Below, piece by piece: positions 62,110-64,000 of a stretch of 64,000 nt of DNA. The notes under the pieces were generated by a model. The model saw only the letters and a list, made by a program, of their open reading frames with translations, did no database searches and had not been told where the DNA came from. The stretch's first letter is position 1. Each line of letters starts with the position of its first letter. The translations under genes and the position numbers were made by a program. The stretch lies in the sequence record MZ574432.2. The stretch is one strand, 5' to 3'.

Positions 62110-62850
62110 ATGGCGCGCCTTTCCAAAGACCAGTCCGCTGGCACCCTGCATCCTCGCGAGAACTACGTCGCCAATGGCACGCTCGGCAGCGTCAACGCCG
62201 AGATCGTCCTGGAGACCCACGGCAATTCCACCGTCACCCTGGACCTGCGCGGCACCTTCAACCTGACCGTCGAGCTTCAAGGCTCGGTGGACCTGATCAA
62301 CTGGGTGGCCCTGCCCACCCTGCCGCTGATGGAAAACAGCGGCCTGTCGATGAACATCGCCGGCTCCACGCCCGGTAGCTGGATGGCGCGGTGCGCCGGC
62401 TTCCAGCGGCTGAAGGCCAAGGTGACCGGCTACACCTCGGGCGCGGCGACCGCGACCATGGTGGCGTCCACGGCCCCCTTCGGCCTGGGCGCGGAGCCCA
62501 CGACCCCCAACATCGTCACCGCCACGGGCTCGGCCGGCGCGGCGGTCACCCTGACCCTGCCGACCGCAGCGCCCCTGACCCACCACATCACCTTCATCTC
62601 GATCACGCGCTTTGCCGCCGTCGCGCTCACCGCCAACGGCGCGCCCTCGATCGTGACGACGACCAACCTTCCTGGCGGCTTGGCCTACAGCCTGCCGCGC
62701 GAGGCCGCCGCCCTGGGCTCGGCGTTCAGCATGCGCGAGGACTACTCCAACGCCTTGCGCGCCTCCGACGTTGGACCCACCACCATCGTCCTGCCGGCCA
62801 CGACCGGTGTCATCTGGCGTGTCACGGTCGGCTACTACAACGCCCCCTGA
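62110..62850 (+). CDS. putative virion protein (246 aa), Thr/Ala-rich beta protein
   Basis: Composition and position in the structural block. Confidence 0.7.
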   Translation: MARLSKDQSAGTLHPRENYVANGTLGSVNAEIVLETHGNSTVTLDLRGTFNLTVELQGSVDLINWVALPTLPLMENSGLSMNIAGSTPGSWMARCAGFQRLKAKVTGYTSGAATATMVASTAPFGLGAEPTTPNIVTATGSAGAAVTLTLPTAAPLTHHITFISITRFAAVALTANGAPSIVTTTNLPGGLAYSLPREAAALGSAFSMREDYSNALRASDVGPTTIVLPATTGVIWRVTVGYYNAP

Positions 62851-62926
62851 TCGCCACAGGCCTTCTAAACCGCTGCAAACCGTCAACGCCAAGGCCCTGG
62901 TCTCGGTGACGCGAACCCTTGCGCGA

Positions 62927-62972
62927 TGACGCAATCCTTGACACGCGGCACATCTTGTGGCACATGTCAAGA
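62927..62972 (+). promoter_or_regulatory. late-type promoter motif
   Basis: TGACGCAATCCTTGACA..TGTCAAG. Confidence 0.55.
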
Positions 62973-63005
62973 TCATTTTCCCCCCAAAAATTTGGAGAGC
63001 GCCCC

Positions 63006-63122
63006 ATGCGTCGTCCCATCGTGCTTCGCGACGGTTTCAGCGGCCTGGGTGACGGGGGCGGCGGCTGCATCGGCGATGGCGGCAGCGAAGGCCTCACCGG
63101 GGACGGCGGCACCCAGATTTAA
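63006..63122 (+). CDS. small Gly/Asp-rich peptide (38 aa)
   Basis: GGAG SD; MRRPIVLRDGFSGLGDGGGG.. Confidence 0.45.
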   Translation: MRRPIVLRDGFSGLGDGGGGCIGDGGSEGLTGDGGTQI

Positions 63123-63143
63123 CCTTAACCAGCGGACCTCCTC

Positions 63144-63515
63144 GTGCCGAATTTCACCTACCTCATTCATGACGAACTGGTCGATCGCCTCGCAGGCGCC
63201 AAGGCCGGCGTCCTGACGGGTGCGCCAAACCCGGACGGCACGGGCGTGTTCGAGCCCAGCGTCGCCGACGGCTACGCGCGCCAGGACTTCGTGTTCAACG
63301 TCACCAAGTCCCAGGGCGTCACCACCATCTCCAATAGCCAGCCCCTCGTCTTCGGCCCGGCGCTGAACCAATGGCTGGCGGTCACCTATTTTGGCCTGTT
63401 CGACGGCGTGTCGGGCGACCTGCTGCTCTATGGCCGCCTGCGCTCCACGCGCGTGGCCAATGCCGGCGACTCCCTCTCGTTCCAGGTGGATGCGATCAAC
63501 ATCGGACTGCGCTAG
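63144..63515 (+). CDS. virion structural protein, paralogue of 60307
   Basis: Same EP..GYARQ..W..VT.FG.FD..G.LL.YG pattern. Confidence 0.75.
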   Translation: MPNFTYLIHDELVDRLAGAKAGVLTGAPNPDGTGVFEPSVADGYARQDFVFNVTKSQGVTTISNSQPLVFGPALNQWLAVTYFGLFDGVSGDLLLYGRLRSTRVANAGDSLSFQVDAINIGLR

Positions 63516-63518
63516 TCC

Positions 63519-64000
63519 GTGGCCGTCGCGCAGCTTCAATCCAATGCCAAGCTGGAAGTTGTGGTCGACGCCAATCTGGCCGTCTTCCTCGACAATCCGG
63601 CTGATGGCGACAGCGAACTGCGCTGCAACACCTTCGACATGTGGTTGGAGGTGGGCGAGGACATCAACATCCGCCACGCCCAGCCGCTGGTGTTTGGCAC
63701 CCAGCCCGAGGACGAAGGTCCCACGGCCGGCGTCCTGGAAGCCTGCGATGTGGAGACCTTCTGCGGGCCTTGCGGCACGGGTGGGTCGACGGGCGGCGGC
63801 GGCGGCGAGTTCGACGGCACGGGCTTTGACATCGTCCTTGGTCCGGTCGCCCAGCAGGGTGATGGCTCCTGGGATGGCGCTGCGCCCCTGAACGACAGCA
63901 CGCCGGTTTCGGAGGCTATCGATCGCCTCAACGAAATCCTCGGCCGGCTGGTGCCCAGCGCGCCGCCGGAATTCCCCAACGGGACCCTGTCGGTGTCCAA
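63519..64000 (+). CDS. 5' part of a virion protein truncated by the window edge
   Basis: Manual translation from GTG is open to the end (..SEAIDRLNEILGRLVPSAPPEFPN..). Confidence 0.65.
   Translation, partial: MAVAQLQSNAKLEVVVDANLAVFLDNPADGDSELRCNTFDMWLEVGEDINIRHAQPLVFGTQPEDEGPTAGVLEACDVETFCGPCGTGGSTGGGGGEFDGTGFDIVLGPVAQQGDGSWDGAAPLNDSTPVSEAIDRLNEILGRLVPSAPPEFPNGTLSVS

Noticed and set aside
1-64000. tRNA, rRNA, integrase, transposase, terminase
   Set aside because: No cloverleaf with GTTCRA/T-loop context and no matching protein motifs were recognised by eye. tRNAscan-SE and HMM searches would be needed to exclude them formally.

Overview
GC-rich segment of a large lytic tailed phage of Alphaproteobacteria, most consistent with a phiCbK-like Caulobacter/Brevundimonas jumbo siphophage. 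This assignment is an inference from the portal and major capsid proteins, the long stretch of small genes between them, and dense TTAA-N7-TTAA CtrA-like boxes. Layout: (1) 1-1.6 kb, last genes of a + strand block; (2) 1.6-2.85 kb, non-coding, with TTGACG direct repeats and a dense GTTA(A/G)GGTTAAC array; (3) 2.85-30.0 kb, a cassette array of small + strand early genes in which about 34 copies (manual count) of one promoter motif, usually preceded by a terminator and a palindromic CtrA-like box, each drive 1-6 genes, and which contains three exact tandem amplifications (454 bp x2, 1429 bp x2, ~885 bp x5), two with visibly chimeric promoter/5' junctions; (4) 30.0-30.5 kb, AT-rich non-coding boundary; (5) 30.5-39.3 kb, minus-strand operon(s) including CoaB-like, YqeY-like, nucleotidyltransferase-like and lipoprotein genes; (6) 39.7-64 kb, + strand block with portal, about 40 small accessory genes (MazG-like, Acb2/Tad1-like, FlbD/SwrD-like x4, FliM-N-motif protein, HslV-like, DUF3268, HNH, nucleotidyltransferase), scaffold, major capsid and virion proteins. 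No tRNA, rRNA, CRISPR array, integrase or transposase was seen. All protein family calls come from motif recognition by eye, not from database searches.
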